NCBI RefSeq assembly: GCF_048593235.1 | Contig: NC_133620.1 | Span: 348,306,454 to 348,370,453 of the forward strand | Direction: 5' to 3' | Source of the DNA: Sminthopsis crassicaudata | Lineage: Eukaryota | DNA: 64,000 bases | Part shown: positions 25,546 through 38,500 of the stretch, in pieces | Numbering within the stretch: the stretch's first letter is position 1 | How the letters are laid out: each line of letters begins with the position of its first letter | Made by a program: the position numbers and the translations under genes | The notes under the pieces: generated by a model | The model's input: the letters and a program-made list of their open reading frames with translations, nothing else | Told to the model about the DNA's origin: nothing | Databases searched by the model: none

Positions 25546-26179
25546 TCACTCAATTCACACTGCTATTAGAAGTTTGGATCCCCAGAGGAGTAGTTGTTAT
25601 TTCTTCCAGCAGTATCTTCTTAAAAGTAGTTCACAATCCCCTACCTTAATCATATCTAATGATGTATCAGTTAATGTATAATAAAGGTATTTATTTAATT
25701 GGCAAAAAAAAAAAAGGGACATTCTGATGAGGATAATCTTGGATGTGGGTTACCACCAGTGAGTTAACAAATCAATCAAGAGGATGCCAATCACTGGCAA
25801 ACTCTTCTTCAACACTTTTTTTGGAATTAGAATATTTCCTGATTTATTCAAAGTTATGCAATAAGATGGGCATAGAGGGTCCTATCTATGACAACCAGGT
25901 TAATAAAGCCTTCTAAGTTCAGAAACTTTTATTAAGTCATTATTGGGAAAAGAGGGGAAAACATCCTCATTTAGTTTTAGAAGTGAAAGACAGAAATAAT
26001 TATGATGTAAACCAACTGTTAGAGGCAGAGCTCCCAACAATAAGGGATAAGTGCTAGGAAAATGGATTATTCTTCAGGATAAGAATCCAAAAAACTTCCT
26101 GGAGGTGCCAATTGTCTTTCTTTTTCATATCCACTCATGATTCTACTTGTGAGTAATAGATAATGATAAGTTTTGGAGG

Positions 26180-27060
26180 CGATGTGGGAAAACTGGAATA
26201 CTGGTGTATTCCTAATACATTCCTAATATATACAGACATTATTGGTGGAGTTATGAAATGATTCAACCATTCTGGAGAGCAATTTGGAATTGTGCTCAAG
26301 GGCTATAAAATTGTGCATCCTCTTTGATCAGCAGTCTCACTACCAGATCTGTGTCCCAGAATTAATACAAAAGGAAAAGGACCCATGTGTACAAAAATAT
26401 TTGTAGCAGCCCTTTTTTGTAGTGGCAAGGGACTGGAAATTGAGGAGATACTCATCAATTGGGGCATGGTTGAATAAGCTATGGTATATGAAGGTAATGG
26501 AATATTATTTTTTTATAAGAAATGATAAACAGGCTGATTTCAGAAAAACTTAGAAAGACCTACATGAACTGATGCTGAATGAGAGCAGAACCAATAGAAC
26601 ATTGTACAGTTAAAAGATTATATGGTGATCAATTATGATGGACTTGGCTCTTCTCAATAATGCAGTAAATTAAAGCAATTCTAGTAGACTTGGAATGAAA
26701 AATTCCATCTGCATCCAGAGAAAAAACTATTGAAAATAACTGTGGATCAAAGCATAGTATTATCACCTTTTTATTTGTTTGTTTTTTCTTATTTTTTTCC
26801 CCTTTTGGTCAGATTTTTCTTTCACAACATGATTATATGGAAATATAGAAGAATTGCATATATTTAACTTATATCAAAGTGCTTGCTATCTTGGCAAAAA
26901 GGAAAGTAAGAAGGAAGGGAGAAAAATTTTGAACACAAAGTCTTACAAAAATGAATGCTGAAAACTATTTTTACATGTATTTGAAAAAATACTAAGAAGT
27001 AAAACCTCATCCTTATACACATAATAAAAAGGAATCTAGACCTGCAAAGATAAAAATTAA
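26180..27060 (+). mobile_element. L1 ORF2 C-terminus plus 3'UTR fragment
   Basis: ttggtggagttatgaaatgattcaaccattctggagagcaatttggaatt...catcaattggggcatggttgaataagctatggtatatg... Confidence 0.85.
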
Positions 27061-27559
27061 AGAAAGCATTGAGGCAGGTCAAGTTTTATTGTCACCTTGG
27101 TACTGCCAACAACAACAAAAACAACAATAGCTAGCATTTATATAGTGCTTTAAGATTTTCACCACTTTTTACACATATCTCATTTTGCTCCTCACAGTAG
27201 GGAAGTAGATGCCATTAGCATCCCCATTTTACAGATGAAACACAAGGCAAAGACAGGTTAAGTGACTTGCCAATAATTCTGTAACAAAGGTCAGAGGGAG
27301 ATTTTGAACTCATTTATATCTCTTCGGTGAATAGGTACAGACCTGACTGACTGCTAGTTCCCAGATCTAAACCATCAGTCTAAAGCATCACCTTGCAAAT
27401 GAGCGTCTCAATTTTATCTTTCCAGATATCATCATCATCATACTGATCATCTTCCACCATCATCATAAAAGGTCAGCATGATATAATGGTTAGAGAAGTG
27501 GGCCCAGAAGATGAGTCACAGGTAAGATCTGTTTCTCTGTTAAGGAGATTATTGATAAA

Positions 27560-28300
27560 AAGAAAATTTTCATAGACATCAAAATGATTATAGCAAGACT
27601 TTATTTGATAGCACACTATTTAGAATCAATGTAGATACCTCTTGATGGAGGAATGGTTAAACAAATTGTGGTACATGAATGGTACATGAATGCAACATAT
27701 TCTCTGCTATAAGAAATGATTAATAGAGAGAAATATGGGTACATTTCCATGAATTGATGCAAGCAGAGTCAAGAAAAGAGTATACACAATGATCATAACA
27801 ATGAAAATAATAGGCAGAATGACCATCACCAAACAATTGAAAGTTAATGTCTCAAAATTAGAAAAAACAAGTGTGGCTCCCAAAAAAATGATATAAGAAG
27901 ACACTTGTCTTTCCTTGAAGAGGAGGGAGGCCTTATGGATATGTTGCATTTATATATATTTTCAAGGTGGCTTTTTTATGATGGATGTTTTTTTCTCTTC
28001 TTGTTTTCTTTAAATAATATTCTTTGAAATTACACATGTTTAACCTATATTGGATTACTTGCTATCTAGGAGGAAGGGTGGAAGAAGAGGGAGAGGTGAG
28101 GGAGGGACATATATTTGGAACATAAGATTATGCAAGGGTAAATATTGAAAACTATCTTTTCATGTATTTTGAAAATAAAAAAGCTTATAAAATATAAAAT
28201 AAATAATACACTTTGTTTTATGGGTTACTTCTATGGATGAGGGGAAGGAAAGAGAAATTTAGGCAGTGTAAAAACAAAATGCATTTTAAAAAAGAAGACC
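27560..28300 (+). mobile_element. Old L1 3' fragments (nested)
   Basis: ggaatggttaaacaaattgtggtacatgaat motif and a second L1 3' end at ~28030-28200. Confidence 0.6.
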
Positions 28301-30387
28301 TAGATTAAAATCCTGCCCCCAAAATGTATACTGGCTGTATGAGCCTGGATAAGTCATTTATGCTTCAAGAAACTCTTGAAGAGTATAAATTTCTGGGGCA
28401 TCGAGGTGTTATCTGGGGCATCGAGCATTGGCCCAGGAGTCAGGAATGGCCAGTTCAAATGTTAGACCTCAATATTGTTCACAATTTTACAAATTGCAAA
28501 TAAGAAAATTTTATGGTTCTAGGTCTCACATTGCATTTATAGAATTTTCCTTTTTCAAATGCTTTCAAAATACTTTCTAGCTGTGTGACCCTGGACAAGT
28601 TACTTAACTCCTGATTGCCTTGTTTAAAAAAAAAGGAAAGGAAAAAAGGACTATAAATTGTAATTGCTACTAATCTTCATTAGAAGTTCCTTATACTAAT
28701 GAAATAAAATATTACTATTACCCAGTAGTAATAATAACAAAGATTGCTGGATACGGAACCGAGAGGAATCAAATAAAAGAAATGGGCATTTTCTTTTTCT
28801 GTCTTAGGGCAAGTTAATCAGAGGCTGCATTATGGACAAGTGTAATTGGTTTCTCAAAGTCAGTTACCACCAAACCCAGCACTGATCTAGAGGACGTTCC
28901 CCCAGTCTGATGGGAATGCTACTTCATGATGATCTCATAAGGTCAACAAGCATTTGTTAAACACTTGCTGTGTGCCAGGGACGTGGGACACAAAAGAAAG
29001 GCAAAAACGATCCCAGTCCTCAGGAAGCTTACATTGAGACAGCAGCTGACAAGACCGTGTTGTTGCTATTTTTCAGCTGTGTCTGACTCTGTGACCTGTA
29101 GGGGATTTTCTTGGCAAAGATACCAGAGTGGTTTGCCATTTCCTTCTCTGATGAATTGGGCAAACAGGGCTTAAGCTACTTGCTGACATTGTCAGTGACA
29201 TTGAGACTGGATTTGTACAACAATGTACATATAAGATAATTATCGGGTCAGTTGGAGGTAATCTTAGAAGAAAGGCAATAGCAATAAGCAAGAATAAGCA
29301 AGGAAAGGCTTCTCGTAGAAGGTATGGTTGCAGCTGAGTCTTCATAAAAATCAGGGAAAGTAAGAGGTAGAGGGAGAGCATTGGGAGCTTTGGGAAGCAA
29401 TCAGTTCAAAGACACGTCAGGAGATGGAGGGTTAGATGCAAGAGAATGTCTTGGAAGCCTACATTGCATTGTAGACTATATGGAGAAAAAGAAAAACTAT
29501 AAGAAGACTGGAAAGGTAAGGAAGGGTCAGGCCATAAAAGGGAAGGTCTTATATTTGATGCATGAGATACTAGGGAGCTATTATGGTTTGTAGAGTAAAG
29601 AAATCACACAGTCAGACCACAGTCAGTTGGGAAAATCTCTTTGGTAGCAGAGAGAATAACAGACAACAGAGGAGAGATACTTGAGGGAGTGACTGGCACA
29701 TAGTAGGTGTCTAATAAATACTTGTTGATTGATGTGGCTAATTTGAGAAGCTTCCTGGGCTTGGGGAAGGCAGGGAACAAGCCAATGAGGGTTACTGCTG
29801 CTACTGAAACATTCCAAGGTTAGCAGGAAACTTAAACCAATGTCACCCAGCTATATAACACTTCATAGATTTTAAAATGCTTTCATAAAAGAATCTTTTG
29901 TTGGTGTTTTGATCTTTATAACAACCCTGCAAAGATGGGTTGGGTCCATTTTATTATCTCCTGGTTCAAATTCCAGCTCTGCTATTTGTTAACTTCAACA
30001 AGCTATGTTATCTCTAGGCCTTAGTCTATAAAATAAATGAATCCCTCCCTGTTTTGCCTGTCTCACAGAGGGTGTGTAACAGATTTATAAGTTGGTAAAG
30101 GAACATTGCCTTAGCGGAGGTTCTGTTGGTCCTGCCACACCAGGCTAAAAAAGCCTACTTCAAGACTTCCCCCCCCCCCCCTCCCATTCTGCTGTCCACA
30201 AGGAAGCTCTGATATGGATTTTGGAGTGTATAGGGTCAACAGCTACCTCTCTGGGATAAGCGTGATATAATTCCGCTTAACTGTCAGAGCTCAGCAGTAG
30301 AGTTCCATCATCTTGAGGTAGTAGCATGCAAGTAAAGTCCTCAATTTTATCTTACAAGAGATGTGAATCACCATTGTCATTACCACC

Positions 30388-30510
30388 CTCCTCCTCCTCC
30401 TCCTCCTCCTCCTCCTCCTCCTCCTCCTCCTCCTCTTCCTCCTCTTCACCATCATCACCATCATCATCAACAATAGCAGTAGTAGCAACAATCATCCACC
30501 ATCATCATTG
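30388..30510. repeat. Compound microsatellite (CTC)n then (CAT/CAC)n
   Basis: About 20 CTC units followed by imperfect CAT repeats. Confidence 0.95.
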
Positions 30511-31074
30511 AGGAGCTCAAAGCATGGTAGATAGAGATCTGGCTTTTGAGACAAGAACACCTGGGTCCAAGTCCTGCCACTAACATATATTGGCTGTGTG
30601 ATCCTGGGCAAATCACTTAACCTCTCAGAGCTACAATTCAGCAATCAATGTGCTTTGGTAGATGGAGATTCCTTACTGGGCTTTCCCTGTACTATTGAAA
30701 GCTATTCTGTTATCCCTGCCTGTTTAATAAGGTTAATTTAATAAGGTAGGTTTATTTTTAAGTTCAAGATTATATTTTATTGTTATCCCTCCCCCAAAAT
30801 GGGTTTATTTCTAATCTTAAATCCTTCTAAATCTTAATTTCCAGAGAATTCAAATTCTTCCTCTGAATTGATAGAGAGGACTTTTGCTCTCCCTTAAGAA
30901 AATAAAATCAGACAATTCAGTCTCAGACAGAATACTATCTGAATTTTCTGAGCTACTCTTTTCAGCTATTTTCTTAGGCCTATTTGAGATAGAGTCACTC
31001 TGGACTGAGCTCATTTGCTCACCTCACAATCTCAGGCACATTTAAGGCAGTCAGAAACTTTTAGTCTTACTGGA

Positions 31075-31655
31075 AATTGAATGGATGCCCATCAGTTGAG
31101 GAATGGTTGAATAAGTTATGGTATATGAAGGTAATAGAATATTATTGTTCTATAAGAAATGACAAGCAGGCTGATTTCAAAAAAGCCTGGAAAGATTTAC
31201 ATGAATTAATATTAAGTGAAGTAAGCAGAAACAAGAGAACATTGTACAAAGGAACAAGATTATATGATGATCAACTGTGATAATAAACTTGGCTCTTTTC
31301 AACAGTGAAATGATTGAAGGGAATTCCAATAGACTTATGATGGAAAATAGCATCTACATCCAAAGAGAGAACTATGGAGACTGAATGTAGATCAAAACTT
31401 ATTTTTGTTGTTTGCTTATTTTTTCCTTGTGTTTTTTCCTCTTTTGATATGATTTTTTTTTACACAATATAATGATTATGGAAATATGTTTATAAGAATT
31501 GTACATGTTTAACCTATATCAGATTGCTGCTATCTTGGGAAAGGAGTTAGGAAAAGGAAAGAGAGAAAAATTTGGAACACAAGGTTTTGCAAAGGTGAAT
31601 GTTGACAATGATTTTTGCATGCATTTGAAAAAGATACTATTAAAATAAAAGACAT
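31075..31655 (+). mobile_element. L1 ORF2 C-terminus plus 3'UTR
   Basis: Translates as GCPSVEEWLNKLWYMKVIEYYCSIRND...WKDLHELILSEVS, the L1 ORF2 C-terminal pattern. Confidence 0.85.
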
Positions 31656-31844
31656 TAAATCTATATTTCTTATTTAAAAACTTCGATCCCTCTTATCACT
31701 ATGATTAATTAAATATTCATCTCTCCTCCTTCTATCCAAATGAGAAGGAAATAAAAACAACCATCCTATGCAATTAAAGCCTTTCTCATTGCCTCAAAAA
31801 CAAAATAAAATGCTACCCTGAAAATTCCCAAAGACCTACCATTA

Positions 31845-32087
31845 GTGGCTTGTTGTTCAGTTGTCCAATTCTTGGTGAAACTATTTGATGTTTTCTCAGC
31901 AAAGATAACTGGAATAGTTTTCCATTTCCTTCTTCAGCTCATTGAACAGATGAGGAAACTGAGGCAAACAGGATTGAAGTGACTTGCCCATGTTCACATA
32001 GCTAGTAAGTGTCCAAAGCCAGACTTTAATTCAGGTATTTCTTACTCCAGGCCTGGCACTCTATCCATTGTGCCACATAGCTGCCCA
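31845..32087 (-). mobile_element. MAR1-like SINE
   Basis: gatgaggaaactgaggcaaac...ctccaggcctggcactctatccattgtgccacatagctgccc. Confidence 0.75.
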
Positions 32088-33110
32088 TCTATTCAGGATA
32101 CACTGGAAATAATACAAAGAGGAAAGGCATTTTAAGCGGATGGGGAAAGGCTTTTTGTAGAAGGGGGCATTTTAGCTGAGGCTTGAAGAAAACTACCGTA
32201 GGAGGAGGAAATGAGGGAAAGAATTCCAGGTATGGGAAATAGCAAGTGAAAATGTTGATGAATCAGAGCTGGAGATGAAGTGTTCAAGGAGAGTAAGAGC
32301 TAAGAGGTGGGCGTCTCTGAATCATAAATTAAGTCTTGTAGGCAAGGTTGTGTGTAAAGAGTCAGAAGACCAGGAAGATAGGAAGGGGACAGGTTTAAAC
32401 TTGGAGTCAGGAGGACCTGATTTCACATTCAGTTTCAGATATGTATTAAATGTGAGATCCTGAACAAGTCACTTAACCCTACTGATTCCGACAACATTAA
32501 GCAGAATTTTATATTTGATCTTGCAGGCAATAGGGAACCATTGGAATTGACTGAATTGGAAGGATCTGAGTCAGATCTGAGCTTTAGGAATATCAATTTG
32601 ATCTGCAGTCGTGAAAGACTTGTGGCAGGGCTATTGCAATAGTCTGGGAATGTGAGGGGGTGAGGGTCTGCACCAAGATGGTGACAATGTCAGAGGAAAA
32701 GGGGTTTTATAGTTGACAGACTGCCCCACGAAGGAAATATATTTGATTTGTCCAACAGGTGGCGTTACATATACAAGCCACTATTCAAATAGTTTCTTTT
32801 CTTTGTTTTCATTTAATCAGTTTCTTTAGATTCTGGGGCACATTTACTTCACACCATTAGTGTTAATTGGCTTGACACTGTTCACAACAAATTTCTGGTG
32901 GCCAGGTTCTGAATTTTAGCCTAAGGGTTCACATAAAATATTGTTCACAATTTAACAAATTGGAAATAAGGAAATGTTATAGTTATAGCTCTCACATTGC
33001 ATTTATAGAATTTTCCTTTTTCAATCCTCTACATAAGGAGGTCTTAACTTTTTTTCTCTTATAGACTCCTTTGGCAGTCTGGTGCAGGTATGGACCCCTT
33101 CTCAGAATCA

Positions 33111-33781
33111 TATATATTTTTTAAAATTTAAATATTTTTTTTAATTTTCAAAACATATGCATATAGTTTTCAACATTCACCCTTGCAAAATGTTCCAAAC
33201 TCTTTCCTCCCTTCCTTTCCCCCACCCCTTTCCCTACATGGCAAGTAATAAAATATATGTTAAGCATGTGCAGTTCTTCTATACAAGAAATAACAGATCA
33301 AAAAAGAAAAAAATGAGGAAAAAAAATACAAAAAGCAAGCAAACAAAAAAGTGAAAAAACTATGTTATGATCCACACTCAGTTCCCACAGTCTTCTCTCT
33401 GGGTATAGATGGCTCTCTCTATCACAACACCATCACCTCACTATTGGAAACAGTCATGTCCATCAGAATTGATCATCATATAATTTTGTTGTTGTGTACA
33501 ATGTTCTCTTGGTTCCACTCACTTCATTTAGCATCAGTTCCTGAAAATTTCTCCAGTTATTTTTATCTCCAGATTCCCCCCCTCCCCTGAGGCTGAGGTT
33601 ACGTGACTTGCCCAGGGTCACACAGCCAGGAAGTGTTAAGTGTCTGAGACCAGATTTGAACTCTGGTCCTCTTGAATTCAGGGCTAGTAACCTATCTACT
33701 TAGCCACCTAGCTGCCCCCTTCTCCAGATCTTTCTGAAATCATCCTGTTGATTGTTTCTTATAGAACAATATTTTATAACA
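33111..33781 (-). mobile_element. 5'-truncated L1
   Basis: Reverse complement of the marsupial L1 3' end and ORF2 tail; TSD cagaatca. Confidence 0.8.
33575..33720 (-). mobile_element. WSINE1-like SINE with G-rich tail
   Basis: Head ends ...ctagctgcccc on +; TSD tctccagat at 33566-33574 and 33721-33729. Confidence 0.85.
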
Positions 33782-34024
33782 CAGAATCACATTTTTAAAA
33801 GCATAAAGTAAAATGAATAGAATTATAAAGGAAACTAACGGTATTGAAATATAGTTATGAAAATGTTTTAAAAAAACTACCCTGAGTTCATGGACCTCAG
33901 GTTAAGAACTCTAGCTCCTTATTTATATCACACAGTCAATCAACTTTCTACAGCCATGTAGTTTATTTAACATAATGAAGATTCAAGAGGAAAATAAGTC
34001 TCAATGCTTAAATCAATAAGCATT

Positions 34025-34272
34025 ATTGTTGTTCAGTTGTTTTTAATCCCCATGCTTCTCTTTGTGACCCCATTTGGGGTTTTCTTGGCAAAAATACTAG
34101 AGCGGTTTGCCATTTCTTTCTGTAGCTCATTTTACAGATGAGGAAACTGAGGCAAACAAGATAAAATGACTTGTCCAGGTCACACAACTAGTAAGTATTG
34201 AAGCCCAGATTTTAATTCAGGAAGAGGAGTCCTCCTGCCTCTATCTTAGAGCACTCTATCTACCTAGATCCC
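34025..34272 (-). mobile_element. MAR1-like SINE
   Basis: gaccccatttggggttttcttggcaaaaatactagagcggtttgccatt...gaggaaactgaggcaaac. Confidence 0.75.
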
Positions 34273-35235
34273 CTAGGCATTTATTAAACATTTCCTATGC
34301 CTGGAACACACCCTGCTACATACTGGGTATAAAAAGAAAGACAAAAGACAATTCCTCTTCTCAAGGAATTCACACTTTAATGGAAGAGACTAGGTGCAAA
34401 GAGCTCTGTATAAACAAGATACACTGAAAAAGTCTCTGAGGAAAGGCTTTAAAGAGGAAAGGCTTCTAGGACTTTAACTGGGAATTGAAGGAAGTCAGGT
34501 AATAGAAATAAGGAGGGAAAGAATACCAAGCTTGGTGGACAGCAAAATGCCTGGAAGTGGGAGATGGAGTGCTTTGTGGTCAATGTCATTGGAGCACAGA
34601 GAAGCTGAGGAGCTTCGAAAGTCCAACAGAGGATAATGAAGATGAAAGAGAGCCACATAAGAGTTTACAGGTTAGTCAAGCAATCCCAGAACATTAGTCC
34701 AAAAGTGGAAGTTATAGAAAGAGAAGCAATGTTTTGGGTCCATCTCTGAGTCCCAGACTAATTAAAGTGGTAATACGGAAAAAAACCCAGGGAAGTCCTG
34801 GGAGGGACAGGGATCAATCTCCTGGTCTTATCAACTGAAGAGTTCGGGAAGCTGGTGCTCAATGGACTGCATTGCTCTCCTCAGAATCCTCATTCAGTTT
34901 TCCGTCCATTCATCCCAATGCAAGCAGCTGTAGTTACTGTCTTGCAACTCCCACTCCCCAAAAGTCTGTTTTAAAGGCAAAAAAACTTAAGATAAAAGGG
35001 GACCAAAGAAGGTCTGCACACACCCCAGGGCAGATAATTTGAGGAACACAGAATGAGACGCAGTTACAGATGTGAAGATTATTGTAGTGTCCTATGGGGT
35101 TTACAGGTTAGCTCAGGAACTGGGGAGGGAGGGATGAGAAAAAACGGGAGAAGAAATTCTGATGTTGGGAATTGGCAGCAGGTGCCAGAGACAGGGCAGA
35201 AAGGCTTGGTATTGATTTAGTCCATTCTGATCAAG

Positions 35236-35409
35236 NNNNNNNNNNNNNNNNNNNNNNNNNNNNNNNNNNNNNNNNNNNNNNNNNNNNNNNNNNNNNNNNN
35301 NNNNNNNNNNNNNNNNNNNNNNNNNNNNNNNNNNNNNNNNNNNNNNNNNNNNNNNNNNNNNNNNNNNNNNNNNNNNNNNNNNNNNNNNNNNNNNNNNNNN
35401 NNNNNNNNN
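35236..35409. other. Assembly gap (N run)
   Basis: Run of n. Confidence 1.
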
Positions 35410-38357
35410 TTGCAAATGGTAGTCTTCCTAGGGATAATTTTTTTATCTATGAGGTGGATTCCAGGGCCTCAGAGCAGGGGCCAAGTCTTTTACTTTGCTT
35501 TGCACATTTCAGGGAAGGCCTCTGAGTGTTGCATTATTATTTTTGTAATTAATATAATAAAATATTTTATAATATTTTATAATTTTAGACCTACAGACAG
35601 GGGTCATTTGGGTCCTAAGACTATGTTTACTTCAATCCTCTGTTGCATAAGTGTATTAGATGTGAGTATATATGAAGGGGTGGTCTATAGAACTATCAGA
35701 TTTTTGTAAACAGAATCTCAATCAAACTGCCCTTACATGGCTCACTGCAATGCTGTAAGGAAATATGCTTCTGTCACTGAGTGCTCCCTCCATGAAAAGC
35801 ACATGACAAATCCCCTCTGCTGTAGTAGACGATTTTCTGGTGATATTGTGGTCAAACAGTTGATCAACTTATCTGCAGATAAGCTTAGCTGGATCTAGTA
35901 TGGTGGTCAGAGTTTATGAACTCGCATAGCCTTCAGGAACTTGGGGTCACCTCCATGGCAGAATGAGGCATTGGAGGACATATGTGGAATCCCATCTAAC
36001 CCCACTAAAGTTTACGATTTAAAGGAATCTTCTGAATTGCTCTTGTCATACACAGGGTCACTTCCTAATTTTATGGATTTTGTAAATGTAGATTTTTTCC
36101 ATTCACTTCTATTGTGGTGCTCAGATGTGTCTCCCAAGACAGATGGAGCAGCACATCAGGGGGCATCTCCAGGAGGCACGATGAGTGATGCCATAAGACA
36201 GGGAGCATTTAAACTGAGTGCCTTGCTGATGAGCCCCAGGGAAGTATCTGGGATGATTGTTTCCCTTCTGTAGACTTCTATAAAGAGAATTCTTTTTCTT
36301 GTCAGGGATGGGAACTGCATAAGTATGAGCTATACACTGGTCACAAAGTACTGTTTTCATAATAGCAGGAAGATACTGCTCTCTCCTAAAGGAATGGATG
36401 TAGGGGTTATTTAATGGAAAAAGTCAATGCAGTTAGTCTGGGTTCTGTGACAATAAAGACTAGAATTTGATCCTGGTCCCACAATGGCTGGGGAAGAAAA
36501 GGTGTTCAGTGTATTGCCCATGGATCACAGTTGCTTTGTCCTTCCTGCCTTTCAGGTTCCTTCTAGGAGTTGTTCTGGAACACCTAGTCCTGTAGAAGGC
36601 TGTGCTATGCCCACATTTGGGGGCAATTTGCCAAAGTAAACCTTCTAGATTGTCCCCTTGGCTTACCCTCCGTCTTAGGTGGGCACTTATCCTTGAAAGC
36701 ATTAATCTAGCCACTCCCAAGGAAGATAGAGGCCCCCTTTATTTCTTTCCCTTTCCTCCCCTCCAAACTACTTGAGACCATCTCAAATTACCTCCTACTA
36801 TACAGGGTTGGCTATAGTTATACAGATGTAGAGGAAAAGACAGAATGGGGAATGGCCATCCTGCAAAAACAGGCAGAAGGGAAAGAGAGTGGGCATCATG
36901 GCTGGCTGGGGGCTTCAGTTCACATACAAAGGTCAGCTGATTCCCTAACCCACACTTGGGCCTCCTGGTCTTAAGGGGAGAAGAATGAGCTTTCTTCAAT
37001 CAGCTTTTCCCTGGTAGGGTTTTTTTTTTTTTTTTGGTTTTTTTTTAAAATCAGACTCCTAATTTCTCCCTTTGGATCTTTGAGCTTTATGCTGTGCAAT
37101 CTCTCTTTCATCTTTACCTATTCCTGCCTTGGCTGCTTCTCAATTTATTTCGTCTCCTTTTTCCCTTTCCCATCTCACTTTTCTCTGCCTCTCACTCCAG
37201 CCTTTCATCATCTTCTCTGTCCAGGATAACTTTATCCTAGCCAATCCTTCCTTAAAGATCCCAAATTTTCCAAACCTCTCCAAAGTCTTTTTGAAAAATC
37301 TATTAATTATCATTACCCATATTTATTTTTCATAGCACTTTCAGATATAACAAATTTTTAGGGCACTTTGGCTCAGAAAAATTAACACAAGGTCACATCA
37401 CTAGAACTCAAGTCTTTTCTGTCCATAAACCTAGCACTTTCTCTATTACATCACCTTGCCTTATGTAATATTCTCTTATGAAAAAGCCTTGATACTTAAA
37501 AAATATATATATTTGACTATATGTAAAAACCTTCCCCAACAGTTTATCTAATGCTTTATTAAAATTAAATGGAAAAAACCAGACTATGCTCTTCCCCTTC
37601 CCACCCCTCTCCCCAACAATTCTGTTCTTAATGCTGAACATTTCCATCAATAGGATTTGATTTTATTGTGTAGTCAATTCAAACCCTCAAATGACACTCC
37701 TTCATTCAGCCTTCAGTCTAACACCAACACTGCAGTTTTTTTAGGGGTTGGAGTCCTTATCTGACAGAGGAAGAAGCTGAGGCACTATGATGGGATATGC
37801 TTCACCCAAAGTCAGAGAGAATCAGTTGTAGAATGGGGCTAAAAGCAGGGCCACCTGACTCCTGGCTTAGGGCTCAGAAATCTTGGCTTTGGGAGTCATT
37901 ATTGGGACCAGATGCTGGCTCCCCTGCTGTGGGGGTCATTACTGAAAGGCCTAAAGCCTAAAGTAGAGAGAAGAGAAAGAAAAGACTGTAGTGGGCAGGG
38001 CATGGTTGAAGACCCCCACTAGTCCCACAGACTTGGGCAAAAAGCTTCTTGCCTCTATTGATCCTTGTGTCTTGCTTACATAGTAGCAGAAGAGCTGTGT
38101 CCCTCATACAGAAGTTAAGGGAAAATAAATTTATACAGAAAACAATCCATGATATAGGCTATAGCATTTGTCCACGTGGCACCAGATTCTCTGACCCCTG
38201 GTGGCACTGAGCCTGTGTACCCATCTCCAGCAGTTACTATATTAATGTGTTGGAAAGAACCCTGGAAAGGAGACTGACACTCTACACCCAACCCTGCCAT
38301 GGACAGCTTATTTCTCCAGCTCTCAGAGACAACTGAACTCCAATAGATTTTTATTTT

Positions 38358-38500
38358 TATGTTTGTTTGTTTGTTTGTTTTTGGCAATTGTAAGTGACTT
38401 GCCCAGGTTCACACAGCTAATGTGAAGTGTCTGAAGTAGGATTTGAACTCCTCCTGACTCCAGGGCTGATGCTCTATCCACTATGCCTTCTAGCTATCCT
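38358..38500 (-). mobile_element. WSINE1-like SINE with (AAAC)n tail
   Basis: (gttt)n then gtgacttgcccagg...ctctatccactatgccttctagctatcc. Confidence 0.75.

Larger units (their letters stand above)
33037..33912 (+). mobile_element. hAT-type MITE split by an L1 insertion that itself carries a SINE
   Basis: Left half gtcttaactttttt...ctttggcagtctggtg...ttctcagaatca; right half ...gagttcatggacctcaggttaagaactctag; cagaatca duplicated at both L1 junctions. Confidence 0.65.

Noticed and set aside
30291-30511. Poly-Arg and poly-Ser ORFs
   Set aside because: Translation artefacts of the (CTC)n microsatellite.
31077-31280. 67-aa ORF as a host gene
   Set aside because: It is the C-terminal remnant of L1 ORF2.
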